A DNA stretch of 64,000 nt, taken from assembly GCA_965652295.1 (NCBI GenBank), contig CBFGTS010000007.1, forward strand, positions 161,873 to 225,872. The letters run 5' to 3'. This document shows, in pieces, positions 1-8,853 of the stretch; position 1 is the first letter of the stretch; every line of letters starts with the position of its first letter. The DNA comes from an uncultured Haloferula sp. (lineage in GTDB: Bacteria; Verrucomicrobiota; Verrucomicrobiia; Verrucomicrobiales; Akkermansiaceae). The notes under the pieces were generated by a model that was not told the DNA's origin, did not search any database, and was given only the letters and a program-made list of their open reading frames with translations. Position numbers and translations under genes: made by a program.

Positions 1-1
1 A

Positions 2-358
2 CGCTTCTGGGGGTGGGACCCGAAGGAGAACGGCGCACTGATGATCGTGCTGGCGAATCTCGCGATCCTTCACGCCCGCCTTGGCGGCTACATCAGGGAA
101 TGGGGCCTCCATCTTTCGGGCATCTTCATGGCGGCCATCGTGACCTTTTCGTGGTGGAACGTGAACATGCTCGATACCGGCCTGCACAACTACGGCTTCA
201 CCGATGGAGCGGGCTACATCCGGCTGCTCTACGCATTGGTTGGTGGCCTGATCGCCTTCGGTTTCGCGGCGCGGTGGTGGGAGATCGCGCGGGATCGGCA
301 GGCGAAGATCGACTTTCCTGGCAAGCTTCCCGAGGGGGAAAAATCCGCGAACTCCTGA
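2..358 (+). CDS. Cytochrome c biogenesis protein CcsA/ResC family, C-terminal part (5' end outside window)
   Basis: Frame from base 2 reads RFWGWDPKENGAL...HNYGF: the WxWDPKE (WWD) motif and conserved His of CcsA. Confidence 0.85.
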   Translation, partial: RFWGWDPKENGALMIVLANLAILHARLGGYIREWGLHLSGIFMAAIVTFSWWNVNMLDTGLHNYGFTDGAGYIRLLYALVGGLIAFGFAARWWEIARDRQAKIDFPGKLPEGEKSANS

Positions 359-404
359 GGCGGGCCGTGCTTGCCGCAGTCGTTCCCGCCGGTAGCTTCG
401 CGGC

Positions 405-1631
405 GTGACGGATCCGGCGCGACGCGAACGAACCCCCGTGGCCGTCATCGGACGGCTTTGGTGGGTGTTCTTCGTGATCGGGATGTCACCGGGCTTCTAC
501 TATCCCGCCCTGACCAACATCCTCACGGCCCGTGGGCTCGACAGCGCCTTCATCCAGTGGTCGTGGCTCGCCGGGCCGATCGCCGCGCTGATTTCGCCGG
601 TCGTCGTCGGCTCGCTGGCGGACAACCGCTTTTCCGGACAAAAAGTCCTTGGCTGGCTCAGCATCCTGAGCGCGGTGCTGCTGGCGATCGCCTTCCGGCT
701 TCTGGATTCCGACGTTTCACCGATCTGGTTTCTCGTCTTCCAGTTCGCCAGCGCGATCGTTGGAGCGCCGCAGTGGAGCATGATGGCCAGCCTGTGTCTG
801 GTTCACCTGAAGGACGGCGACAGCGAGTTTCCGATCGTGCGCCTCGGCGGGACGCTGGGATGGGTGGCAGCCGGCCTGATCCTGAGCTTTGCGATGAATG
901 CCGATGCCTCACCGGTGGCCGGCTATCTCGGGGCGGGGGCGCGGGTTCTCGCCGGTTTTTGCGCTTTCGCGCTGCCGGCCACTCCACCGCTCGGAAGTTC
1001 GCGTTCCATCCGTTCGCTGCTGGGACTCGATGCCTTCGCGTTGCTCAAGGAGCGCGATCATCTCGTGTTTTTCGTGGTCACGGCGCTGCTCTCCATGCCG
1101 CTGACGGCTTTCTACATGTGGACGCCCCGGCATTTGGCCGAGCTCGGCGATCCGCACGTGGTCGCAACGATGGCCTTGGGGCAGATCAGCGAAGTGGTGG
1201 CCATGCTGCTCATGGCCATGCTGATCCGGCGGTTCCGGGTGAAGACGCTGCTGGTCGTCTCCCTGCTGCTCACCGGACTTCGATACGGCCTGTTCGCCTG
1301 GAGTGGGGAAACAGGCATGCGCCTGGGGTTGATCGCGGGAGTCACGCTCCACGGCCTTTGCTACACCCTCTATTTCATCACCGCTCAGCTTTTCCTCGAT
1401 CGCCGCGTCCCGGTCGGCATGCGGAGTCAGGCACAGGGGCTGATTTCGCTGTTCTCCAATGGCATCGGCAGCCTCGCCGGAATGTTCGCCGTGCGGCTGT
1501 GGTATGACCACACGGTGGGCGCGGGAAATGGCGGATGGACGCTCTTCTGGGGAGTGCTTGGAGCCTTTCTCGTGCTGCTCACGATCGCCTTTGCCCTCGC
1601 CTACCGCGGGGTCGCTCCCAAGGAAAGGTGA
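405..1631 (+). CDS. MFS transporter, nucleoside:H+ symporter (NupG/XapB)-like
   Basis: 408 aa, about 12 TM segments; GSLADNRF, FPIVRLGGTLGW and GQISEV motifs. Confidence 0.85.
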   Translation: MTDPARRERTPVAVIGRLWWVFFVIGMSPGFYYPALTNILTARGLDSAFIQWSWLAGPIAALISPVVVGSLADNRFSGQKVLGWLSILSAVLLAIAFRLLDSDVSPIWFLVFQFASAIVGAPQWSMMASLCLVHLKDGDSEFPIVRLGGTLGWVAAGLILSFAMNADASPVAGYLGAGARVLAGFCAFALPATPPLGSSRSIRSLLGLDAFALLKERDHLVFFVVTALLSMPLTAFYMWTPRHLAELGDPHVVATMALGQISEVVAMLLMAMLIRRFRVKTLLVVSLLLTGLRYGLFAWSGETGMRLGLIAGVTLHGLCYTLYFITAQLFLDRRVPVGMRSQAQGLISLFSNGIGSLAGMFAVRLWYDHTVGAGNGGWTLFWGVLGAFLVLLTIAFALAYRGVAPKER

Positions 1632-1641
1632 CTCATGGCAG

Positions 1642-2358
1642 TTATGGCAGTTTCCATTCCGCGCGCCGCCGGTCGTATTCCGCCTTCGGCAGAAGAACGT
1701 AGAGCGGCTGTCTGGCCGGATCGATCCATGCGATGAGCTGGCGCAGGTGTTCCTCCGGCATCGTGGTGCAGCCGGCGGTGGGCTTGGATCCGCCGCCGCG
1801 CCAGATGTGGAAGAAGATCGCACTGCCTGCCCCCGGAACGACCTGCGGCGGAGCGTTGTGGGCGATGAACAACTTCAGCGAGTGGGGGTAGTCGTCCTGC
1901 CGCATCTGCTGCTTTTTCTCCCAGGCCGTGGCCGGCTCGTGATCGAGGACGAGGTGACGGTTGTAGCTCTGCGATTTCGGGTCCTCCACCCACAGATCGC
2001 GCGAGGTCACCTGGCGATAGAAGAGATTCGGGTGCTTGCGGATCGCGGCGTCGTATCCCCACGCGCCGCCGATGCGGAAGACGCCGGCTGGCGCGCGGCC
2101 ATCGCCTTCTTTCTTGGTCGCACCACCCTGCGCAGGATGGATCCCGCTGCCCCAGACGAGCCCGCTTTTTCCGAGCCGCCCTTTCCATGGGCCCATCACC
2201 CGCTGCCATTTGCCGCCACGCTTCTCGTAGGCGGCAAGGGTGACGTGCGAGCTGTTCCAGTCATCGGCGGTCCCCACGACACACTGGCTGGAGGGTGCAG
2301 GGAGCTCGAAGCCGAAGCTGAGGCCGGCGGCCGCGAGGAAGAGCAGGAGGATTCGCAT
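1642..2358 (-). CDS. L,D-transpeptidase (YkuD-like) family protein, secreted
   Basis: Signal peptide MRILLLFLAAAG; KKEGDGRAPAG and GSAIFFHIW...TAGC catalytic His/Cys motif. Confidence 0.85.
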   Translation of the reverse strand: MRILLLFLAAAGLSFGFELPAPSSQCVVGTADDWNSSHVTLAAYEKRGGKWQRVMGPWKGRLGKSGLVWGSGIHPAQGGATKKEGDGRAPAGVFRIGGAWGYDAAIRKHPNLFYRQVTSRDLWVEDPKSQSYNRHLVLDHEPATAWEKKQQMRQDDYPHSLKLFIAHNAPPQVVPGAGSAIFFHIWRGGGSKPTAGCTTMPEEHLRQLIAWIDPARQPLYVLLPKAEYDRRRAEWKLP

Positions 2359-2374
2359 GGGTTCTCCGATCGCA

Positions 2375-3352
2375 TCATCGACACCCGGTTTCAAGGACGA
2401 GAAACGCGTCGCCCGCGCCGTGACTCGTGGTGAGAAATCGATCCTGGTCGGACTCCCGCACGTGCGGAGCCAGGAACTCCGCCTGAGTCCGGAGGGAAAG
2501 CACGTTCGAGTGATTTTCAGACCAGCGGGCGAGGTCGGTGAAGTTCACATCGGCGGTCAGGTCCTGATGACCCGGGCGGGCGAGCGCTTCGCCGCCGGTG
2601 AAGCACTGGTGGTGGAAGTAGGCCCGCAGGCTGCCGTCCGGCTGCCGATGGTAGAGGCCGGCGAGTTCGGCACCGTAGTCGAGGGTCAGCATCCGCCCGG
2701 CTCGCCAGCCGACGAGGTTTTTCTCCAGCCAGTCGCGGTGGCTTTCGTGGACTTCGACGATTTGCCCGGGAGGCCAGGGGCGCTCGAAAATCGAGGAGTC
2801 AGGCAACTTCTCGCACGGCGTCCAAAGCGACGAGGCGGGCAACACGTGCTGCTCGGACCAGCCGTCGGTTTCCTTGCGGAAACGGCGGACGGGGAAGGCA
2901 TCGACGAACTCGTTCGAGTAGATGCAGGCTTTTCCCGAACACGCCTGGAGGGCGGCGGCGAGATCGTCATGCCATTGCACCCGGCCGCCGAGGGCTTCCT
3001 GCTGGCGCTCGCGGAGCGGCACGGAGCGTTCCACCAGATGGAGGCGGGGTTTCCTCCACCACGGGAAATGCCGCATCACCTCGCGGGCCAGGCTGCCGGT
3101 GCCGGGTCCGAGTTCGATGAGGTCCCGGCAGGCCGTCACCCGCAACGTCTCCCGCGCCCATGCTCCCACGGCCCGACCCAGCAAGCCGCCCAGGGACGCG
3201 CTGGTCGAGAAGTCGCCCCGTGGCCCGACCTCCCGGATACGGCGTCCGTAGTAGCCGCGTTCCGGATCGTGCAGGGCGGCCTGCATGAAGACATCGAACC
3301 GCAGGGCTTCGTCGCGGGAACGCCAGGGGAATGGGGATGCATCAGGTGGCAT
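2375..3352 (-). CDS. SAM-dependent methyltransferase, MidA/NDUFAF7 family
   Basis: GYY...GDFSTS, IELGPGTG, SNEFVDAFP, DYG and QDLTADVNF motifs. Confidence 0.9.
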   Translation of the reverse strand: MPPDASPFPWRSRDEALRFDVFMQAALHDPERGYYGRRIREVGPRGDFSTSASLGGLLGRAVGAWARETLRVTACRDLIELGPGTGSLAREVMRHFPWWRKPRLHLVERSVPLRERQQEALGGRVQWHDDLAAALQACSGKACIYSNEFVDAFPVRRFRKETDGWSEQHVLPASSLWTPCEKLPDSSIFERPWPPGQIVEVHESHRDWLEKNLVGWRAGRMLTLDYGAELAGLYHRQPDGSLRAYFHHQCFTGGEALARPGHQDLTADVNFTDLARWSENHSNVLSLRTQAEFLAPHVRESDQDRFLTTSHGAGDAFLVLETGCR

Positions 3353-3418
3353 TTTGCTGAAATCGTTGCACGAGAGGTTCTTGACCCGTCGCTAAGCCTT
3401 GGACGAGTGTTTCTTAAG

Positions 3419-3895
3419 ATGAGGCAAGGATGGCTCATGATCGCCGGGTTGGTGCTGGTGGCGGGGTGCGATCGGCCGGTGCAGGTGCCGGAGACGCCCG
3501 AGAAGAAAGACGCCCCGGCGGTGGAGGTCCTCAAGGAAGTCGGCCGCTCGCTCGATGAGATGGGCGACCGGATCGTCAACCCGGTCGAGCCGGCGAAGCC
3601 GAAAGCGGACGTTCCCGTTGAAAAGGACGATCCGGCCAAGGCAGAGGACGCCGTCGAGGCTCCGCCCGTCACTCCTTCGGTCGTTCCCGTGGCCGAGCCC
3701 GCCGAGGGCAAACCGGGCTACATCGTCAGCCCCTATTCGGGGAAGATTGTCGATGTGCGTGGCATTCCCGCCGGCACCTTGGTCCAGGACCCGGACTTTC
3801 CGTCGGCGGAGAAGAAGTATTTCCGCGTGCCGGCCGAACTGGAAACCTTGGACGCCGGAGCGGAGGAAGAGAACGAGCGAGTGCCCCAGGACTGA
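3419..3895 (+). CDS. Putative lipoprotein, Pro/acidic-rich with conserved C-terminal domain
   Basis: Lipobox LVAGC; C-terminal GKPGYIVSPYSGKIVDVRGIPAGTLVQDP. Confidence 0.7.
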   Translation: MRQGWLMIAGLVLVAGCDRPVQVPETPEKKDAPAVEVLKEVGRSLDEMGDRIVNPVEPAKPKADVPVEKDDPAKAEDAVEAPPVTPSVVPVAEPAEGKPGYIVSPYSGKIVDVRGIPAGTLVQDPDFPSAEKKYFRVPAELETLDAGAEEENERVPQD

Positions 3896-3964
3896 GGGGC
3901 GTCGGCAAAGCGGCACCACGCTCTCCAGGGTTGCGCAGGAGCGGGATGCAGGGCAAACGGGGGC

Positions 3965-4732
3965 GTGGACCGCTGGGCGCTCATCATTGCCACCCTGTTC
4001 GCCGCGATCGGCGGGGCGAACGGAATGCTGTCATTGCGACACGGACACCGGTCCAAAGCGACGATCTTCTGGATGGGCGGTGCGCTGGCCGCGCAGCTCG
4101 TTTTTCTTTCGATCCGCGGGCAGCAGCGCGGGGCCTGTCCGCTGATGGGCACGGGGGAAATCCTGGCCTTTCTGGCGTGGTCGCTGACCGTGTTCTACCT
4201 TCTGGTGGGATCGACCTACCGGCTGTCGTTGCTGGGGGTGTTTTCGGCGCCCGTGGTGGTGATTTTTCAAGCGGTGGCGCTGATCCCCGGTGTGCTGGAG
4301 GCGGACCCCGAGCGGTTGCCGTCGACCGATGCATGGCGGGAAACGCACGCGGCGATGTCGGTGCTGGGCTACGGCGCGCTGGCGCTGGCGGCGGTGGCGG
4401 CGGTGATGTTCCTGGTGCTCGACCGCCAGTTGAAGAGGCACCACCTGACCTCGGGGCTTTTCAAGAACCTGCCGCCGGCGCGGACGTTGCTGGTGTCGCT
4501 CCGCCGGCTGTTATGGGTCGGCTGGCTGACTTTGAGCGTGGGGGTGGTCGCGGGTTTCCGGATGCCGCACGGGGAGGGGGCGGAGGCGCATCTCGCCGCC
4601 GCGGCGGGCGTGTGGCTGGCCTACACGCTGTTGCTCGGAGTGTTGCAGTTGAGGGGGATCACGGGGCGGCGGCTCTCATTGATCACCGTGGTGCTTTTCG
4701 TTTTGTCCCTGTCGGTTTTCGCGTCGGTCTGA
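3965..4732 (+). CDS. Cytochrome c assembly / CcsA-like (HemX/YpjD-type) membrane protein
   Basis: About 8 TM helices, conserved His (WRETHAAMS), LDRQLK motif; stop overlaps the hemA start. Confidence 0.75.
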   Translation: MDRWALIIATLFAAIGGANGMLSLRHGHRSKATIFWMGGALAAQLVFLSIRGQQRGACPLMGTGEILAFLAWSLTVFYLLVGSTYRLSLLGVFSAPVVVIFQAVALIPGVLEADPERLPSTDAWRETHAAMSVLGYGALALAAVAAVMFLVLDRQLKRHHLTSGLFKNLPPARTLLVSLRRLLWVGWLTLSVGVVAGFRMPHGEGAEAHLAAAAGVWLAYTLLLGVLQLRGITGRRLSLITVVLFVLSLSVFASV

Positions 4733-5724
4733 TGGAACTGGTTTGCTACGGCCTCAATCACCGCAGCGCTCCGGTGGAGATTCGGGAGCGGTATGCCATC
4801 GCGGCCCCGCGGCTCGGCGAGCATGCGCTGGCGTTGCGCGAGTTGGAGGGGATCGAGGAGGTGGTGGTCCTTTCAACCTGCAACCGCACCGAGTTCTACC
4901 TCGCCGGAGAGTCGGCCGAGTACGCGCTGGCGTCGCTGCGGTCCAGGCTGGGCGAGGGCAGCGATGAGCATTGGTATGAAATGCAGCGGCTTGAGGTCGC
5001 GCAGCATTTGTGCGAGGTGGCCAGCGGGCTGGATTCGATGGTGCTCGGGGAAACCGAGATCTTCGGCCAGTTGAAGACCGCCTACCGCCATGCGCACGAG
5101 GCCGGGGCGACCGGTGGAGTGTTGAACCGGCTGTTCCAGCGGGCCTTCGGCGTGGGGAAAAAGGTCCGCACCGAGACGGCGATCCAGGAGGGAGCGACCT
5201 CGGTGGCGGGCACGGCGGTGGAGTTGGCCGAGAAGATTTTCGGAAAACTCGATGGCTGCCGGGTGATCGTGATCGGTGCGGGCGAGACCAGCCGGCAGAC
5301 GGCGCAGGCGCTGGTTTCGCGCGGGGCATCGACGGTTTTCGTGACCAACCGCTCGCACGATCGGGCGGTGGAGCTGGCGGACGAGCTGGGCGGCCGCGCG
5401 GTGAAGTTCGACGAATGGCAGGGCGTGCTGGCCGGGGTGGACGTGGTGATTTCCTCCACCGCCGCGCCGCATCACGTGGTGCAGCCGTTTCACGTCGAGG
5501 CGGTGCGGCGGGTGCGGAAATTCCGGCCGCTGTTCCTGATCGACATCGCCGTGCCGCGGGACATCGACCCGGCAGTGGGAGACATCGAGGAAGTCTACCT
5601 TTACGATATCGACACGCTGGACCAGCTTGCGCGGGACGCACGCGGACGGCGCGAGCGGCAGATCACGGAATGCCGGGAGCTGATCGCGCGGGAGCTGGAA
5701 AAACTGAATTTGCCGGGAACATGA
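4732..5724 (+). CDS. hemA: Glutamyl-tRNA reductase
   Basis: GLNHRSAP, LSTCNRTE, GLDSMVLGETEIFGQ, GAGE and DIAVPRDI motifs. Confidence 0.97.
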   Translation: MELVCYGLNHRSAPVEIRERYAIAAPRLGEHALALRELEGIEEVVVLSTCNRTEFYLAGESAEYALASLRSRLGEGSDEHWYEMQRLEVAQHLCEVASGLDSMVLGETEIFGQLKTAYRHAHEAGATGGVLNRLFQRAFGVGKKVRTETAIQEGATSVAGTAVELAEKIFGKLDGCRVIVIGAGETSRQTAQALVSRGASTVFVTNRSHDRAVELADELGGRAVKFDEWQGVLAGVDVVISSTAAPHHVVQPFHVEAVRRVRKFRPLFLIDIAVPRDIDPAVGDIEEVYLYDIDTLDQLARDARGRRERQITECRELIARELEKLNLPGT

Positions 5725-6650
5725 CAACGGAGCAGGTGGTGATCGGAACACGCGGCAGTGCGCTGGCGCTGGCGCAGGCGGAACTGACGGAGTCGGCTCT
5801 CGGGATGGCGTTTCCGGCGCTTCAGGTCGCGCGGGAGGTGATCAAAACCACCGGCGACCGCCGCACCGACGTGGCTCTGAGCGAGGTGGCGAAGGCCGAG
5901 GGCGTGATCGATAAGGGCGTTTTCACCAAGGAGCTGGAGCTGGCGTTGGAGGCGGGAACCATCGACATCGCCGTGCACTCGCTGAAGGACGTGCCGACGG
6001 TGCTCGACGCGCAGTTCGTGATCGCCGGAACGCTTGAACGCGCGCCGATCCGCGATGTGCTGGTTTCCAAGATCCCCGGCGGTCTCGACACGCTGCCTGC
6101 GGGCGCGGCGGTCGGGACCAGCAGCGTGCGGCGGGCGAAGCAATTGCTGTGGCTGCGGCCGGATTTGAAAGTCATCGACCTGCGCGGAAACGTGCCGACG
6201 CGGCTCTCGAAGGTGGCGGGCGCTGACTACGATGCGATCCTGCTGGCCGAGGCCGGATTGGTGAGGCTGGGGCATGACCTTTCAAAAACCCAGCTCGTGG
6301 AGGGCGTCGAGCTGCACTTCGCGCCGCTGGCCGAGCAGGTGTTTTTCCCCGCCGCGGGGCAGGGGGCGATCGGTTTCGAGGTTCGCGCGGCCGATGCGGA
6401 GGCGAGGGAGATCGTGAAAGCGATCAACCACCCTGCGACCTTCGTGCGGGTGACGGCGGAGCGGGAATTCCTGCGCCTGCTGGAGGGCGGATGCCACACA
6501 CCGGTGGGGGTTTTCACCACGCTGGATGGCGGCCTGATCACGATGGAAGCCCGGGTTTTCCCGGAAGAAGGCGGTGACCCGAAAACGGGCAGTGCCGAGG
6601 GATGCGATCCTCTGGAAGTCGCAAAGGAACTCTTTGAATCACTGGCATGA
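5721..6650 (+). CDS. hemC: Hydroxymethylbilane synthase (porphobilinogen deaminase)
   Basis: IGTRGSALALAQ, KGVFTKELE, AVHSLKDVP, GTSSVRR, LRGNVPTRL and GGCHTP motifs. Confidence 0.97.
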   Translation: MTTEQVVIGTRGSALALAQAELTESALGMAFPALQVAREVIKTTGDRRTDVALSEVAKAEGVIDKGVFTKELELALEAGTIDIAVHSLKDVPTVLDAQFVIAGTLERAPIRDVLVSKIPGGLDTLPAGAAVGTSSVRRAKQLLWLRPDLKVIDLRGNVPTRLSKVAGADYDAILLAEAGLVRLGHDLSKTQLVEGVELHFAPLAEQVFFPAAGQGAIGFEVRAADAEAREIVKAINHPATFVRVTAEREFLRLLEGGCHTPVGVFTTLDGGLITMEARVFPEEGGDPKTGSAEGCDPLEVAKELFESLA

Positions 6651-8167
6651 GCGGCAAAAAGAACGAGGGAATCTGTTATCTGGTCGGAGCCGGCCCCGGC
6701 GATCTGGGACTGGTCACGCTGCGCGCCAGGGAGTGCGTGGAGAACGCGGACGTGGTGATTTACGACGCGCTTAGTAGCCCGCAGATCCTGCGTTGGATGA
6801 AGAAAGGCGCGGAGAAAGTCTACGTGGGCAAGCGGGCGAAAAACCACGCGCTGAGTCAGGATGAGATCAACGCCTTGATCGTGGATCGCACCAAGGCCGG
6901 ACTGAATGTGGTGCGGCTGAAGGGTGGCGACCCGATGATCTTCGGCCGCGGCGGCGAGGAGGCCGCCGAGCTGGCGGAGGCGGGCGTGGCCTTCGAGATC
7001 GTGCCGGGCATCAGTTCATCGATCGGCGGTCCGGCCTACGCGGGCATCCCGGTGACGCACCGCGACCATTGCTCGCAGCTGACGATTTTCACCGGCCATG
7101 AGGACCCGACGAAGGAGGAAAGCTCGATCGACTATGCCCAGATCGCCAACGCCCCGGGGACCAAGGTTTTTCTGATGGGTGTGGCGCGGCTGCGCTCGAT
7201 TTGTGAGTCGCTGGTGAAGGGTGGCGCGAAGCCGGAGACGCCGATCGCGCTGGTGCGCTGGGCCACGACCGGGTCGCAGAAAACCATGGTGGGCACGCTT
7301 GCGGACATCGCCGATATCGCCGAAGCGCAGGATTTCCAGAGTCCGGCGGTGGCGGTGATCGGGGACGTGGTGAAGGAGCGGGCGAAGATCAACTGGTTCG
7401 AAAAGCGGCCGCTTTTCGGCAAACGGATCGTGGTCACCCGGACCCGCGAGCAGGCGGGCGGGCTGAGCCGCGAGTTGGCCGGCCTGGGTGCCGACGTGAT
7501 CGAGCTGCCGACCATCCGGATCGAGCCGCCCGACGACCGCCAGGGCTTCGCCGACACGGTGACGCATGCGCACGAATACGACTGGCTCGTTTTTTCCAGC
7601 CCCAATGGAGTCGAGCGGTTCTTCGATGGGTTCTTCTCGGTCTTCGAGGACGCCCGGACTTTGGGAAATCCGAAGATCGCGGTGATCGGCGAGGGGACGG
7701 CGGCGAAGGTGAAGGAGTACCGCTTTGGTGTGGACCTGATCCCGAAACGCTTCGTGGCCGAGGGCTTGGTCGAGGCATTCGAAGAGGAATCGATCGAGAA
7801 CCTGACCGTGCTTTGGGTGCGGGGGCAGGAAGCGCGGGATGTGATTTACGACGGCTTGTTGAAACAGGGGGCGATCATCGATGAATGCATCGCCTACAAG
7901 ACCGTGCCGGAAACGGATGACCCGACCGGTGCCGCGGCGGGGCTGGAGGAGGAAGGTGCCGACCTGATCACCTTTACCTCGAGTTCGACGGTGGAGCATT
8001 TCTTCAAACTCGGCGTGCCGTGGCCGGAAGGCTGCGTGGCCGGGAGCATCGGGCCGGTGACCAGCGAGACGCTGCGTAAGCACGGCGTGGAACCGGCGTT
8101 CGAGGCGAAGAAGCACGACATCCCGGGCCTCGTCGCAGCGATCCGGAAGTGGGCGAAAGCGAAGTGA
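6647..8167 (+). CDS. cobA: Uroporphyrinogen-III C-methyltransferase / uroporphyrinogen-III synthase fusion (CobA-HemD)
   Basis: LVGAGPGD, RLKGGDPMIFGRGGEE; second domain with VVTRT, VFSSPNGV, FTSSSTV, IGPVT. Confidence 0.95.
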   Translation: MSGKKNEGICYLVGAGPGDLGLVTLRARECVENADVVIYDALSSPQILRWMKKGAEKVYVGKRAKNHALSQDEINALIVDRTKAGLNVVRLKGGDPMIFGRGGEEAAELAEAGVAFEIVPGISSSIGGPAYAGIPVTHRDHCSQLTIFTGHEDPTKEESSIDYAQIANAPGTKVFLMGVARLRSICESLVKGGAKPETPIALVRWATTGSQKTMVGTLADIADIAEAQDFQSPAVAVIGDVVKERAKINWFEKRPLFGKRIVVTRTREQAGGLSRELAGLGADVIELPTIRIEPPDDRQGFADTVTHAHEYDWLVFSSPNGVERFFDGFFSVFEDARTLGNPKIAVIGEGTAAKVKEYRFGVDLIPKRFVAEGLVEAFEEESIENLTVLWVRGQEARDVIYDGLLKQGAIIDECIAYKTVPETDDPTGAAAGLEEEGADLITFTSSSTVEHFFKLGVPWPEGCVAGSIGPVTSETLRKHGVEPAFEAKKHDIPGLVAAIRKWAKAK

Positions 8168-8182
8168 TGTTTCCGTTCCACG

Positions 8183-8815
8183 CTACCGCTCGGCGATCAA
8201 GCCGGGCGGAGTGCCGTAGCCGACGAGCCGGGATTTCGAGTCGGCGCGGGGCACCCTGAGATCATACACGCCGAAGCCGCAGCGGGGGACGCCGCGGTAG
8301 CTGCGGCCGTCGGTGGAACCGATCATCACCGCCCGGCCGTCTTTTTCCCGGCCGAGGAACATCTGGACGTGGGTGATCTTGTTGGTCCGGCCGTCGGTGG
8401 GTTCGTAGGTGCCGGACCAGAAGATGAGATCGCCGGGCTGGAGCTTGGAGAATGCGGGGTGGGTGAGGTCGCGGGCTTCGGCGGGGACGGTGGTCAGCTT
8501 GCCGGCGTCCTTGATCCAGTCGTACTGGCCGGCGGAAGTGCGGGGCGGGTCGATGTCCGCCTTCTTTAGCAGGAAAAACATGGAGCCGGAGCAATCGAAG
8601 CCTCCGCGCGTGGGATCGGCGCTGCCGTAGATGTATTCGTCGAGGGCGAACTCGCGGGCGGTGTCGAGCGCATCACTGATGAGTTGCTTTCGTTCGGGGG
8701 CGAGGTCGGCGGGCAGCGCGAGGGCATCGATCGCGATCACGGCCGGCTTTTCCCTCGGCGCGGCAGCGGCGGGAAGGAGGAGCAGCAGGACGGCGGCGAA
8801 GAGACGGGACACCAT
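8183..8815 (-). CDS. NlpC/P60 family cell-wall peptidase, secreted
   Basis: Signal peptide; GFDCSG, PRTS, PGDLIFW and THVQM motifs. Confidence 0.9.
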   Translation of the reverse strand: MVSRLFAAVLLLLLPAAAAPREKPAVIAIDALALPADLAPERKQLISDALDTAREFALDEYIYGSADPTRGGFDCSGSMFFLLKKADIDPPRTSAGQYDWIKDAGKLTTVPAEARDLTHPAFSKLQPGDLIFWSGTYEPTDGRTNKITHVQMFLGREKDGRAVMIGSTDGRSYRGVPRCGFGVYDLRVPRADSKSRLVGYGTPPGLIAER

Positions 8816-8853
8816 GCGAGCACGTTAGAGGCGATCTGGTTGGACTGCGAGCT

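Noticed and set aside
2240..5720. Long N-terminal extensions of ORFs 2240-3895, 3931-5724 and 5010-6650
   Set aside because: They overlap real genes in other frames or strands; true starts are 3419, 4732 and 5721
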